Assembly: GCF_001677475.2 (NCBI RefSeq)
Contig: NZ_CP015229.1
Reading direction: 5' to 3' (one strand)
Origin: Escherichia coli
GTDB taxonomy: Bacteria; Pseudomonadota; Gammaproteobacteria; Enterobacterales; Enterobacteriaceae
Length of the DNA stretch: 64,000 nucleotides
Both the position numbers and the translations under genes were made by a program. Positions within the stretch are counted from its first letter, which is position 1, and each line of letters starts with the position of its first letter. This document shows positions 1 through 9,747 of the stretch, piece after piece. Below the pieces are notes generated by a model. That model was not told the DNA's origin. It was given only the letters and a program-made list of their open reading frames with translations, and searched no databases.

Positions 1-257
1 ATAGCATCAAAATAGCTGTAAACTCCATATGGAGAGTAAATCATTCTGGAAGTGAGTATAAATCCATTTACTGTGGTAAGAATATCATATAAGTCCTGAG
101 TTCTGTGTAGCTTATACACATTAATCAACTCCGGTCGTGGGTAAGCATCATATCTTAATGCACCATGCGCTGAGATAATATTCCTGTAATTTTGTATATT
201 ATATATAATCTGAGTACGTAGAAGAAAACTGTGCCACAATTCATTTTCATATATCAT
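1..257 (-). CDS. Hypothetical protein, N-terminal 85 codons only (continues past window start); first gene downstream of tnsD, candidate cargo or extra targeting gene
   Basis: ATG at 257 preceded by GAGG 5 nt upstream; frame stays open to position 1 (MIYENELWHSFLLRTQIIYNIQNYRN...); AT-rich; no recognisable similarity. Confidence 0.35.
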   Translation of the reverse strand, partial: MIYENELWHSFLLRTQIIYNIQNYRNIISAHGALRYDAYPRPELINVYKLHRTQDLYDILTTVNGFILTSRMIYSPYGVYSYFDA

Positions 258-272
258 ATCAACCTCATTCAA

Positions 273-1826
273 CTACTTAGATTTACTCATATTAATCAAA
301 GCCATAGTAACTGGAAGCTTATCTCTGTTTTTTAATAACCAGCCATGTCCCCCCAGTACAGAATCAAGTCTTGACAGTGACAGTGAGCACTGCCCCTGAG
401 CTAAAAAATTTTTTATTAATGATAATGAAAACTTATCCCTTTCATCCCAATTGACCCTTTTAACATTACAGCGCCGTGATTCCTTTGGTAAATAAAAATC
501 AAGCCATTGGCTTTCAAATCTGTTTAGCCAGAAAAAACTTGCATAACAATTCGCCCTGACTACTTTTCGAGTCACAGGACCAGTGAGGCCATGCATGAAC
601 CGCAGGATTTTTTGTTTATGACGTCGTCTTAAAGAGTCTCTTTTACATTTTTTACGCCATGAACATAATCCATAAAATGAAGAAATCACCGATGAAACAC
701 TCCCTTCCGATAAGGAGTTTTTCTTTGCTATTGATGCTAAACTAAACCCTCTCACAGCCATGGATTTAATAAGGAACTCAGTTAATATGTTTATTTTAAT
801 GCTACACTTATAATTCTTTACATACTTTTTATGGATTACTCCTTTAATAAAACATCTACTCTTGTTAAGTTCCTTAGCAAGAGAATTAATACTGTTATGT
901 TTTTCACTCAGGAGGCAAAACTGGGCTGTATCATCATCAAAAGCGATGCTCTTTGATTTTTTATGGATATCGGCATGTACTGGCCATGTTATTCTTAACA
1001 AACAATAGCACAGTAACAGATGCTTTGTTGGATGCTGGCATGATTGATTCCTGAGTAAAGGCTCCCAGTAGTGATAATCCGAAATGGATTCAGGCAAAAT
1101 TGCTGAAGAACCCGAATCTAATAACCTACATTTCGCATAAACATGTGAATAAAAAACCCCTTTTTTTATATTTCCTGATACTGATAATAAATTAAGTTGT
1201 TTCAGTATATCCATGTAATCAGGATGATTTGCATCTCCCCTTCGGATCATATTTATAAATTCGTAGCAAAATTTAGCAAAATCGAATTCAAACTCAGTAC
1301 TCAGATGTTCAATATATGAAACCGGGGGCATCAGCCCTTTGCGAATATGTGGCGAAGGAGGAACACAGATGCTTTCAAGTAATATCTGATGTCGATAGCA
1401 GGTCGTAATCCCCCGAAGTTGATGAAGAAGATGCCAGTATGTAACACCATGATGGTACGCATCTTCACGTGCACAAACCGGACAAAATTTTAAAACAGTC
1501 TGTAGCCCGGAGGAGAAATTACTAAGACGGCACAACCGATTTAGTCTGCCCGGTGTCGTTCTCAAATCCATAATTTCTTTGCGGCTGGATGGCAGGGCCC
1601 AGGAAAAAAGAGGGAGCAATGTCTGTTCATACAAGAGTTGCTCTGCACTCTCTGACGTATGAAGAGAAATATCGTTTAATCCGGAACTGAGTATTGGGTG
1701 TACGCTAACATCAGATTTTCCAAAAAGGATTTGTAACATGGTAGAAGGAGACATACCATACACAGTAACTGACCGACATATACGGCTAAACAAGGTTTCA
1801 TCAGGTAAAACAGGAAGTAGAATCAT
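273..1826 (-). CDS. tnsD: Tn7-like target-site selector TnsD/TniQ
   Basis: N-terminus aligns with Tn7 TnsD; CxxC...C..H zinc-finger-like segment (FCPVCAREDAYHHGVTYWH...CYRH). ATG at 1826 has a GAGGTGGG RBS; the ORF-track start at 1844 is a TTG. Confidence 0.8.
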   Translation of the reverse strand: MILLPVLPDETLFSRICRSVTVYGMSPSTMLQILFGKSDVSVHPILSSGLNDISLHTSESAEQLLYEQTLLPLFSWALPSSRKEIMDLRTTPGRLNRLCRLSNFSSGLQTVLKFCPVCAREDAYHHGVTYWHLLHQLRGITTCYRHQILLESICVPPSPHIRKGLMPPVSYIEHLSTEFEFDFAKFCYEFINMIRRGDANHPDYMDILKQLNLLSVSGNIKKGVFYSHVYAKCRLLDSGSSAILPESISDYHYWEPLLRNQSCQHPTKHLLLCYCLLRITWPVHADIHKKSKSIAFDDDTAQFCLLSEKHNSINSLAKELNKSRCFIKGVIHKKYVKNYKCSIKINILTEFLIKSMAVRGFSLASIAKKNSLSEGSVSSVISSFYGLCSWRKKCKRDSLRRRHKQKILRFMHGLTGPVTRKVVRANCYASFFWLNRFESQWLDFYLPKESRRCNVKRVNWDERDKFSLSLIKNFLAQGQCSLSLSRLDSVLGGHGWLLKNRDKLPVTMALINMSKSK

Positions 1827-1868
1827 TCGCCCACCTCTCAGCAACCACTCTGAACAATAAATTCAGTA

Positions 1869-3314
1869 TTACAATTCATTAAGTGGGTCTGTATTTAACA
1901 GACCGCAACGCTGAAGCGATGAGTAGGTTTCGTTGTTATCAGCAGCCCTGCTGATAATACGCTCCCGATCGAAAGATATGATTTTACTTTCGAAATTTTG
2001 CATAGCCTCATCAATTTTTTGTGCAAATTCTTTATGCTGTGGCCTGTCAATATCTCCAGGAATCAGAGCCTTCGCGTGCCTGTCGGCAGTAAAATCCGTT
2101 GAGGCTTCGCCTGCATGAGATACAGAGCAATATTTATCATCATACTCACCCACAGCTCCAGGTATCAAAGCCTCCTGATACTCCTCCGTATGACTGGCGA
2201 GCACCGGTACAGAAGACGACAACACTACACTACTGATCAGTTCATTGCCGCTTCCAATAACTTTTAATTGTGCCCTGCGATAAATCATCTGAGCCAGTCC
2301 GATGTTACCTTTAGATAAAACGAAAAGTTTTTCATTAAGCTCATCACTTAACGGAGTTTCAATATTTGTCCATTGTAATGGCCATAAATAATGAATAAAC
2401 GACTGCCAGTCCTGTGAGTCATACCTGACATTGAGAATATTCATATAACCACCCGATTCCGCTCGTCTGGCAATACGCATTTTTCTGGCCAGTGTTTCAT
2501 CAAAAGGGGGGTTTCCACAAAAAACCATTGATACACCCATTGAATCTACAATTTCATGAAGAAAATCAATGAGTTTATTTTCACCGCCCGTTCTGGAAAA
2601 TTTCAGCCGCTGCATTTCATCAATAACAAGAATACCCAAAAACGATGATTTAATTCTCTGCGCTATCTGCCTCGCCAGAGGACCATTCCTGATCTCTGAT
2701 GTAGTTCGTTCGATGCCGCTAGCATCATCTAACTTTAGAAGAATTTCTTCGCAAAGGTCTCTGACACTGGAGTTGTACGGACAATTAATCTTTAACCACA
2801 CGATTTGCTTGCTTAGCCCGGGAAAAGCACCTTTATAACTACTGTGCTCAATGACCTGGGGAAAGTAGTCCATAATTTGCTCAATCATGGTGGTTTTTCC
2901 GGAGCCACTCATCCCGACTATCGTAATAGTTTCAGCCTGAGACTTAAAATACCCGCTATCTGGCTCTATGTCAGGTCGCTCGTTACCATAGTAATGCAGG
3001 TACTGAACAGTACCACTTTTTAAAGGATTTCGGGCAGCATAACTTTCCCTCAAAGCCCGGTAAATCATTCTGTAAGCTTCGATAAGATTCGTTTGTGGAC
3101 ATCGAAATTTCTTTATCCGATCGACATACTGCTCCCTGATTTTAGCAGGAGCAGTCCAGCGAATATCTTCGTCAATTTCAGGAAAGTAACTCATTTCAAA
3201 AAACACTTCATCATCGGAAAGCGCTTCAGGAAGTGCCTCAATTAAGGGATTGCCCCGATATTCAGGCAAGCCCGGCTCTTTATAAATTGCTGAGACGCTC
3301 CGTAACATATTCAT
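1869..3314 (-). CDS. tnsC: Tn7-like transposition regulator TnsC (AAA+ ATPase)
   Basis: Walker A GMSGSGKTT; blocks matching Tn7 TnsC (YRGNPLIEALPE; LGILVIDEMQRL..SRTGG); ATGA overlap with tnsB stop. Confidence 0.9.
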   Translation of the reverse strand: MNMLRSVSAIYKEPGLPEYRGNPLIEALPEALSDDEVFFEMSYFPEIDEDIRWTAPAKIREQYVDRIKKFRCPQTNLIEAYRMIYRALRESYAARNPLKSGTVQYLHYYGNERPDIEPDSGYFKSQAETITIVGMSGSGKTTMIEQIMDYFPQVIEHSSYKGAFPGLSKQIVWLKINCPYNSSVRDLCEEILLKLDDASGIERTTSEIRNGPLARQIAQRIKSSFLGILVIDEMQRLKFSRTGGENKLIDFLHEIVDSMGVSMVFCGNPPFDETLARKMRIARRAESGGYMNILNVRYDSQDWQSFIHYLWPLQWTNIETPLSDELNEKLFVLSKGNIGLAQMIYRRAQLKVIGSGNELISSVVLSSSVPVLASHTEEYQEALIPGAVGEYDDKYCSVSHAGEASTDFTADRHAKALIPGDIDRPQHKEFAQKIDEAMQNFESKIISFDRERIISRAADNNETYSSLQRCGLLNTDPLNEL

Positions 3315-5437
3315 TTTTCTGCGTCCTCTTGTTTTTTCTTAGCGTTTAACCATCGCTGTTTTTCTTCACGGCCAGGCAAAAGCAGAATATTACTGGATGA
3401 AGGAAGTACAGGTTCATTTTTTTCATTAGGCAGATTTGTACGCCCTAATAGGTCCAGTTCAGCTTTTCTGTTCCGCCTGATATCTTTACCATGCACCCGG
3501 CGGGGATCAGAAATATCGTTCAGGCGTTCAATACCTTGCCTGTTGATTTTATCCTTAACTTTACTATTGTTAAAAACATTCAGTGTGAATGCATTTATTT
3601 CTTTTTGCGTATCTACCCAGTCGGCCATAACATCTGTATCAAGATGAGCTTTACCTTTAAATACATCTCTTTTTTTGAGTAGATAATGCTTTCTGAAGAC
3701 ACTATTTTTATCGAATCTTACGTACAAATAATCTACGCAATTATCATCAATTCTTGCTTCACAGGAGGTTCGTCCGAATACTCTTGCTGCTGAAGCAATG
3801 TCAGGATCGCATTCATAAAATAAATTATTATACTGAATTCCACCGGCTGTAATATTTGCTGTCACGGGGATTAACAAACGAGCAATGACTTCATCTGCTG
3901 TAACGACTCTTCCGCTGAACCGTCCTTGCTTTACGCTAATCATCCAGCTGTTTTTTGGCGAAATAATGAGATCATGTTCAATCAACAATGGATTAATATA
4001 AGCCAACTCCTCATACGTTCTTTGATTATGTGCAAGGATTTCCCGAATCAGCACTGAGGTGACCTCCTGAATCGTTAAACAGGCTCTGGATTGCGGTGTT
4101 GGTTCTCCTTTAACAATTTTGCCTCTTCGCGTTGCTCCTGTAAGCTCATGAATAGCTTCATCATTTAAAATCCCGAAACAACGCTCAACAATACTCTTTC
4201 TGTCCCCTCTGCCAACCGGTGCAAACTCAAGTTTAGTCAGAGGAGTCATCTTATCTTGAGGTTTAAGACCAATCATCTCTCCATTATCGCACATAAGTGT
4301 TAATGGTATATGAGAACAAGGCCATTCATCTTCATTAATAGAAACACCAAATATTCTACAGTATTCTTTTTTTGGCATAAAGCAATTTGCCAACGCTTGC
4401 CGGGCCGCTCGCCAGGAAGCATGATACAAAGAAACATGAAGACCAACAATCATCCTTGAAGCACGATCCACTACTGTATAAATAGTTGGTCGGCCAATAA
4501 CTTTACGCCTGTTTAAGCTTGAAACAAGGTGCACATCAGCTACAGTTGAGTCTATTTCAAAAACATCACCCGGCAATACGGTCGTATTAGCGGCACTCCC
4601 CAGAAGGCCACGCATCTTGAGGGCTATTTCTTTTTTAGAGTTTTTCTTATTTATAGAGAACTCTTTTGAAAACAACTTTCTATTCCAGTAAGTAAATTGT
4701 TTTAAAGAAGGAATGTAGGGAGCCCTGTTTTCAGCGTTTGCTTTCTTTATTTCATCCTTGAAATATAATTCAATGTGTCTTACCAGCGTTTTCTTTATCG
4801 TTTCCCCATGAGTTTTGTAATGAAACCTAGTTAGGGACTTTTTGATGTTTTCAATATCCCCTTCATTAAGGATATAAACTTTCGAACGTATATTGGGTAA
4901 TACTCTGTTTTTCTTTGCATTCCCGAGCTTAACTTCATGTCTGATTCTACTCTTACCTGCAGCACCGCAGTTCGGGTATGCGGGTAGCAAAGCATATATA
5001 TCCTGTCCATGTTTCCAGTAAAGAGTTAGAAGCGTCCTGATTGTACGTTGTGGGATTTGTTTTTTTCTGGAGTACTCTGTTAACAAATGTGATTTTTTAT
5101 GAATCGCATAATCAAATACGAATATTTTATCCTCTACAAGTTCTTTAATAATCTTATAGTTTACATCCCGTCGCTTTCTGTCTTCATTATTTATTTTTCT
5201 CTCATCAATCAACATATATGATGGGGGTGTATATTTCTTATGGGTTATTCTTTGCGAGTCCACACCATATGTAAATTGTGAAAGTGAGAATGGAATTGGT
5301 TTACTCGTTCTTTCTTTTTTTATTTCAAATAAAATCAACAAATCGGTATCTCTGTCAAAATCCAGAACGCGATAAAGCCCATCAGATAGCACGTCACTGT
5401 CGTGAGATTGCCATACTGAATTTCTAATAATATCCAT
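3311..5437 (-). CDS. tnsB: Tn7-like transposase TnsB (DDE/RNase H-fold)
   Basis: 708 aa; core similar to Tn7 TnsB (IGRPTIYTVVDRASRMIVG vs IGRPTLYIVIDVFSRMITG); overlaps tnsA 3' end by 14 nt. Confidence 0.9.
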   Translation of the reverse strand: MDIIRNSVWQSHDSDVLSDGLYRVLDFDRDTDLLILFEIKKERTSKPIPFSLSQFTYGVDSQRITHKKYTPPSYMLIDERKINNEDRKRRDVNYKIIKELVEDKIFVFDYAIHKKSHLLTEYSRKKQIPQRTIRTLLTLYWKHGQDIYALLPAYPNCGAAGKSRIRHEVKLGNAKKNRVLPNIRSKVYILNEGDIENIKKSLTRFHYKTHGETIKKTLVRHIELYFKDEIKKANAENRAPYIPSLKQFTYWNRKLFSKEFSINKKNSKKEIALKMRGLLGSAANTTVLPGDVFEIDSTVADVHLVSSLNRRKVIGRPTIYTVVDRASRMIVGLHVSLYHASWRAARQALANCFMPKKEYCRIFGVSINEDEWPCSHIPLTLMCDNGEMIGLKPQDKMTPLTKLEFAPVGRGDRKSIVERCFGILNDEAIHELTGATRRGKIVKGEPTPQSRACLTIQEVTSVLIREILAHNQRTYEELAYINPLLIEHDLIISPKNSWMISVKQGRFSGRVVTADEVIARLLIPVTANITAGGIQYNNLFYECDPDIASAARVFGRTSCEARIDDNCVDYLYVRFDKNSVFRKHYLLKKRDVFKGKAHLDTDVMADWVDTQKEINAFTLNVFNNSKVKDKINRQGIERLNDISDPRRVHGKDIRRNRKAELDLLGRTNLPNEKNEPVLPSSSNILLLPGREEKQRWLNAKKKQEDAEK

Positions 5438-6266
5438 TTGCGTTCAGCCCTATGCAGTAACCATTGGAAATTATTTTTATCAGACCTGTTTCGAGAATTG
5501 GATAAGATAGATCCACATTTATCATTTTTAACCCAATAATTGCCTGCAATAACATGATTGCTTCTTGTTCATCGACATCAAAGATTGATGAGATCATCGC
5601 GCGTAGTTCCACAATCGGATAAACATCCGGCTTAAGCCTCCATAAAATTTTATCAAGCGGATATTTATCAAAAAACTCAGACCCATTTCTCAGCACCGAG
5701 GTAGCCCAACATATGTTCTGCCCCGTGACATGATTCAGTTCCGAACCAGTATAGATTTGGAACTCAACATCAATCAGTTGCCAAAACATTCTCTCTATCT
5801 CAAGCTTTTCTGCTTCGCGTTTAGGTATGCTTTCGTTTTGCTTTACTGCAATTGCTTTATACCGAAGCCCCCCTCCCGGCATTCTCAGGGTCAGCAAGAA
5901 ATCAGTTGTCATAACATTCAGGACATCGGCTGGTACGCCTCTGACTCCCCTGACAAGCGGGTGCTGCACATCTAAGTGATTGGCTATCTGATGGGTGAGC
6001 AGTAGAGGTATGAGTGGGAATTGTTCGCGGATATCGATCACCAAGTCATTAAACTCAGCCAAGTAGAAAAAGTTACTTTCGACAGAAGAAAAGAAATGGT
6101 GATTCCGAAACGTCTTAAGGCCAAAGACTATCGAACGGTTTCCATGGGATCTAACGTCCTGAGCTCTAAGCCAGGGTTGATAACTTTGCCCATAGCCCAA
6201 CCCTATGCCGTCACCTAGCGCATTTTCATAATCCTGATAGGATTTAAGACGCCTGCCCCTAGCCAT
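5424..6266 (-). CDS. tnsA: Tn7-like transposase subunit TnsA (endonuclease-like)
   Basis: Matches Tn7 TnsA (YQPWLRAQDV...IDIREQFPLIP; KLEIERMFWQ). ATG at 6266 gives the same N-terminal length as Tn7 TnsA; the ORF-track start at 6278 is a GTG. Confidence 0.9.
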   Translation of the reverse strand: MARGRRLKSYQDYENALGDGIGLGYGQSYQPWLRAQDVRSHGNRSIVFGLKTFRNHHFFSSVESNFFYLAEFNDLVIDIREQFPLIPLLLTHQIANHLDVQHPLVRGVRGVPADVLNVMTTDFLLTLRMPGGGLRYKAIAVKQNESIPKREAEKLEIERMFWQLIDVEFQIYTGSELNHVTGQNICWATSVLRNGSEFFDKYPLDKILWRLKPDVYPIVELRAMISSIFDVDEQEAIMLLQAIIGLKMINVDLSYPILETGLIKIISNGYCIGLNANGYY

Positions 6267-6278
6267 GATCGTACCCAC

Positions 6279-6405
6279 AAAACATCATTGATACGTACCT
6301 GCATGAGTGTTTAATAGTCTACAACCCTATAACCACACATATAGTAAGTATACAACATTAGCGTCATTTTTTGAGAGTGGTTACAACTTTAGTGCTTAGG
6401 GCACA
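6279..6405 (-). repeat. Transposon right end: array of imperfect ~20-30 bp direct repeats carrying GTTGT(A) cores (putative TnsB-binding sites), terminus TGT at 6405 or 6385
   Basis: Minus-strand reading from the yhiN stop: AAAGTTGTGCC..AAAGTTGTAACC..AATGTTGTATAC..GGGTTGTAGAC..TTTTGTGGG; analogous to the Tn7-R site organisation. Confidence 0.55.
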
Positions 6406-6408
6406 ACT

Positions 6409-7611
6409 TTATTGTTTTTGAACAGCAATCAAATCCTGCGCACAAGCCCACGCACTCGACCACGCCCACTGGAAATTATAGCCCCCCAGCCAACCGGTGA
6501 CGTCCATCACTTCGCCGATGAAGTACAGCCCAGGCACTTTGCGCGCTTCCATCGTCCGTGAAGAGAGTTCGTTGGTGTCCACGCCGCCGAGCGTCACTTC
6601 GGCAGTGCGATAGCCTTCAGTGCCGTTGGGTTGTACGCGCCAGTCGGTCAATGTGCTAATCAGTGCCTGTTGGTCACGCACGTTGAGCTGTTTTAGCGAG
6701 ACATCCGGGATTTGCCCGAGTTGTTGTAAACGTTCAACCAACCGCTTCGGTAGATGAACCGCCAGTGTGTTTTTCAGGCTCTGATTCGGATGTGCATTAC
6801 GCTGCTCATTCAGGAAGGTTTCGAGGTCCACATCAGGTAGCAGATTGATACTGACAAATTCACCCGGTTGCCAGTAGCTGGAAATTTGCAACACCGCCGG
6901 TCCAGATAAACCGCGGTGGGTGAAGAGTAAGTTCTCACGGAAAACGGTGCCGTTTTCAGCGGTAATCACGGAAGGCACCGCCACGCCCGCCAGCACCTGT
7001 AACTCTTCGAGCAACGGTTTATGCAGAGTGAATGGCACCAGGCCCGCGCGGGTCGGCAGCACGTTGAGGCCAAATTGTTCGGCAATCTTATAACCAAACG
7101 GCGACGCGCCCAGCCCTGGCATTGACAGTCCACCGGTCGCGATGACCAGCTTTTCGCAACCGACAGTCATGCCGTTCAGTTCAAGCGTGAAGCCTGTTTC
7201 ATCCTTCGCCACACTCAGCACTTCGCTACGCAATCTGAAGGTCACATTGCCCTTCTCGCACTCATCCACCAGCATGTCGACAATCTGCTGCGCGGAGTCA
7301 TCGCAGAAGAGTTGTCCTAACGTTTTCTCGTGCCAGGCGATGCCGTGTTTATTGACCAGATCAATGAAATCCCACTGGGTAAAACGCGCGAGTGCAGATT
7401 TACAAAAATGCGGATTCTGGCTCAGATAAGCGCCCGGTTCGACATAAAGGTTGGTAAAGTTGCAGCGCCCACCGCCAGACATGAGGATTTTGCGCCCTGG
7501 TTTTTTACCATTATCGATCAGCAGAACCCGGCGTCCTGCCTGACCTGCCAGCGCAGAACAGAACATACCCGCCGCACCAGCGCCTATAATAATGGCATCA
7601 AACCTTTCCAC
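6409..7611 (-). CDS. yhiN: NAD(FAD)-utilising dehydrogenase YhiN (flavoprotein, HI0933 family)
   Basis: 400 aa, MERFDAIIIGAGAAG... dinucleotide-binding motif; GTG start with GGAG RBS. Confidence 0.9.
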   Translation of the reverse strand: MERFDAIIIGAGAAGMFCSALAGQAGRRVLLIDNGKKPGRKILMSGGGRCNFTNLYVEPGAYLSQNPHFCKSALARFTQWDFIDLVNKHGIAWHEKTLGQLFCDDSAQQIVDMLVDECEKGNVTFRLRSEVLSVAKDETGFTLELNGMTVGCEKLVIATGGLSMPGLGASPFGYKIAEQFGLNVLPTRAGLVPFTLHKPLLEELQVLAGVAVPSVITAENGTVFRENLLFTHRGLSGPAVLQISSYWQPGEFVSINLLPDVDLETFLNEQRNAHPNQSLKNTLAVHLPKRLVERLQQLGQIPDVSLKQLNVRDQQALISTLTDWRVQPNGTEGYRTAEVTLGGVDTNELSSRTMEARKVPGLYFIGEVMDVTGWLGGYNFQWAWSSAWACAQDLIAVQKQ

Positions 7612-7842
7612 GTTGCGCTCCTCTAAGAAAAAACGGGCGTGAATTGTAAAGATTCCTCAGTGGTCGCACCAGCATCAATATTACTAAAAGGAAGTATTTG
7701 CCTGAATTATATAAGATAATTATTTTTTGAGTGAAATCCATACAGGAGGCAAATCAAAAAAAGTCTATATTTCACTTTGCCCGCGCCGCGAAAGTCACTG
7801 ATAATGCGCCGCGTTCATGTCCTCAAAATGGCGTAACGTCCT

Positions 7843-9342
7843 ATGCTACATTTGTTTGCTGGCCTGGATTTGCATACCGGGCTGTTATTATTGCTTGCAC
7901 TGGCTTTTGTGCTGTTCTACGAAGCCATCAATGGTTTCCATGACACAGCCAACGCCGTGGCAACCGTTATCTATACCCGCGCGATGCGTTCTCAGCTCGC
8001 CGTGGTTATGGCGGCGGTGTTCAACTTTTTGGGTGTTTTGCTGGGTGGTCTGAGTGTTGCCTATGCCATTGTGCATATGCTGCCGACGGATCTGCTGCTT
8101 AATATGGGATCGTCTCATGGCCTTGCCATGGTGTTCTCTATGTTGCTGGCGGCGATTATCTGGAACCTGGGTACCTGGTACTTTGGTTTACCTGCATCCA
8201 GCTCTCATACGCTGATTGGCGCGATCATCGGGATTGGTTTAACCAATGCGTTGATGACCGGGACGTCAGTGGTGGATGCACTCAATATCCCGAAAGTATT
8301 AAGTATTTTCGGTTCTCTGATCGTTTCCCCTATTGTCGGCCTGGTGTTTGCTGGCGGTCTGATTTTCTTGCTGCGTCGCTACTGGAGCGGCACCAAGAAA
8401 CGCGCCCGTATCCACCTGACCCCAGCGGAGCGTGAAAAGAAAGACGGCAAGAAAAAGCCGCCGTTCTGGACGCGTATTGCGCTGATCCTTTCCGCTATCG
8501 GCGTGGCGTTTTCGCACGGCGCAAACGATGGTCAGAAAGGCATTGGTCTGGTTATGTTGGTATTGATTGGCGTCGCACCAGCAGGCTTCGTGGTGAACAT
8601 GAATGCCACTGGCTACGAAATCACCCGTACCCGTGATGCCATCAACAACGTGGAAGCTTACTTTGAGCAGCACCCTGCGCTGCTGAAACAGGCTACCGGT
8701 GCTGATCAGTTAGTACCGGCTCCGGAAGCTGGCGCAACGCAACCTGCGGAGTTCCATTGCCATCCGTCGAATACCATTAACGCGCTCAACCGCCTGAAAG
8801 GCATGTTGACTACCGATGTGGAAAGCTACGACAAGCTGTCGCTTGATCAACGTAGCCAGATGCGCCGCATTATGCTGTGCGTTTCTGACACTATCGACAA
8901 AGTGGTGAAGATGCCTGGCGTGAGTGCAGACGATCAGCGCCTGTTGAAGAAACTGAAGTCCGACATGCTTAGCACCATCGAGTATGCGCCGGTGTGGATC
9001 ATCATGGCGGTCGCGCTGGCGTTAGGTATCGGTACGATGATTGGCTGGCGTCGTGTGGCAACGACTATCGGTGAGAAAATCGGTAAGAAAGGCATGACCT
9101 ACGCTCAGGGGATGTCTGCCCAGATGACGGCGGCAGTGTCCATCGGCCTGGCGAGTTATACCGGGATGCCGGTTTCCACCACTCACGTACTCTCCTCTTC
9201 TGTCGCGGGGACGATGGTGGTAGATGGCGGCGGCTTACAGCGTAAAACCGTGACCAGTATTCTGATGGCCTGGGTGTTTACCCTTCCGGCTGCGGTACTG
9301 CTTTCCGGCGGGCTGTACTGGCTCTCCTTGCAGTTCCTGTAA
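7843..9342 (+). CDS. pitA: Low-affinity inorganic phosphate transporter PitA
   Basis: 499 aa, [18 protein letters not shown]..., PiT family. Confidence 0.95.
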
Positions 9343-9358
9343 TCGTACGCACCAAAAC

Positions 9359-9388
9359 AGCGGGTCAGTTTACTGGCCCGCTTTTTTT
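9359..9388 (+). terminator. Rho-independent terminator after pitA
   Basis: GC stem GCGGGTCAG-TTTA-CTGGCCCGC followed by T7. Confidence 0.55.
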
Positions 9389-9411
9389 ATGCGTCATTAT
9401 TGCTGAAGTGC

Positions 9412-9747
9412 TTAATGCCAAATCATCAATGCAATCAGGCTGATCACCACCAGACCACACAATGCGCTGGTCAGAATAAACTGCCGACGCACCCGCTCAC
9501 AGCGGCGAATAAACTCATCATCGTGATGATCGCGATAACGTTGGGCATAGATATACCAAACGAGACGCACCTGTTTGTTGGGTTGGCCATGTGAGGTAAA
9601 AAAGCCCCCTCCATCAACATATTGATAGAGCAATGGATCGCAGTTACGCAGTACCACTAACAACGCGCGTAGTGATGAGAAATAGCGCGCCATGTTAACA
9701 ATGCAAACGACACATAAAGCCCAAAATAATGCGACGGTGCTTATCAT
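9412..9747 (-). CDS. uspB: Universal stress protein B
   Basis: 111 aa membrane protein, [14 protein letters not shown]...; GGAGGA RBS. Confidence 0.95.
   Translation of the reverse strand: MISTVALFWALCVVCIVNMARYFSSLRALLVVLRNCDPLLYQYVDGGGFFTSHGQPNKQVRLVWYIYAQRYRDHHDDEFIRRCERVRRQFILTSALCGLVVISLIALMIWH

Larger units (their letters stand above)
1..6405 (-). mobile_element. Tn7-like transposon, right-end portion (R-end repeats, tnsA, tnsB, tnsC, tnsD); element continues beyond window start
   Basis: Four co-oriented, overlapping ORFs with clear similarity to Tn7 TnsA/B/C/D; repeat-rich terminus abutting the yhiN stop codon; AT-rich compared with flanking core genes (by eye). Confidence 0.8.

Noticed and set aside
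258-275. The tnsD TAG stop (273..275) is in the same frame as the downstream ORF starting at 257, suggesting a fused or read-through protein or a nonsense mutation.
   Set aside because: A one-in-three frame coincidence is common; the downstream ORF has its own GAGG RBS and ATG, and TnsD is already full length compared with Tn7 TnsD. Treated as two genes unless related elements show a fused ORF.
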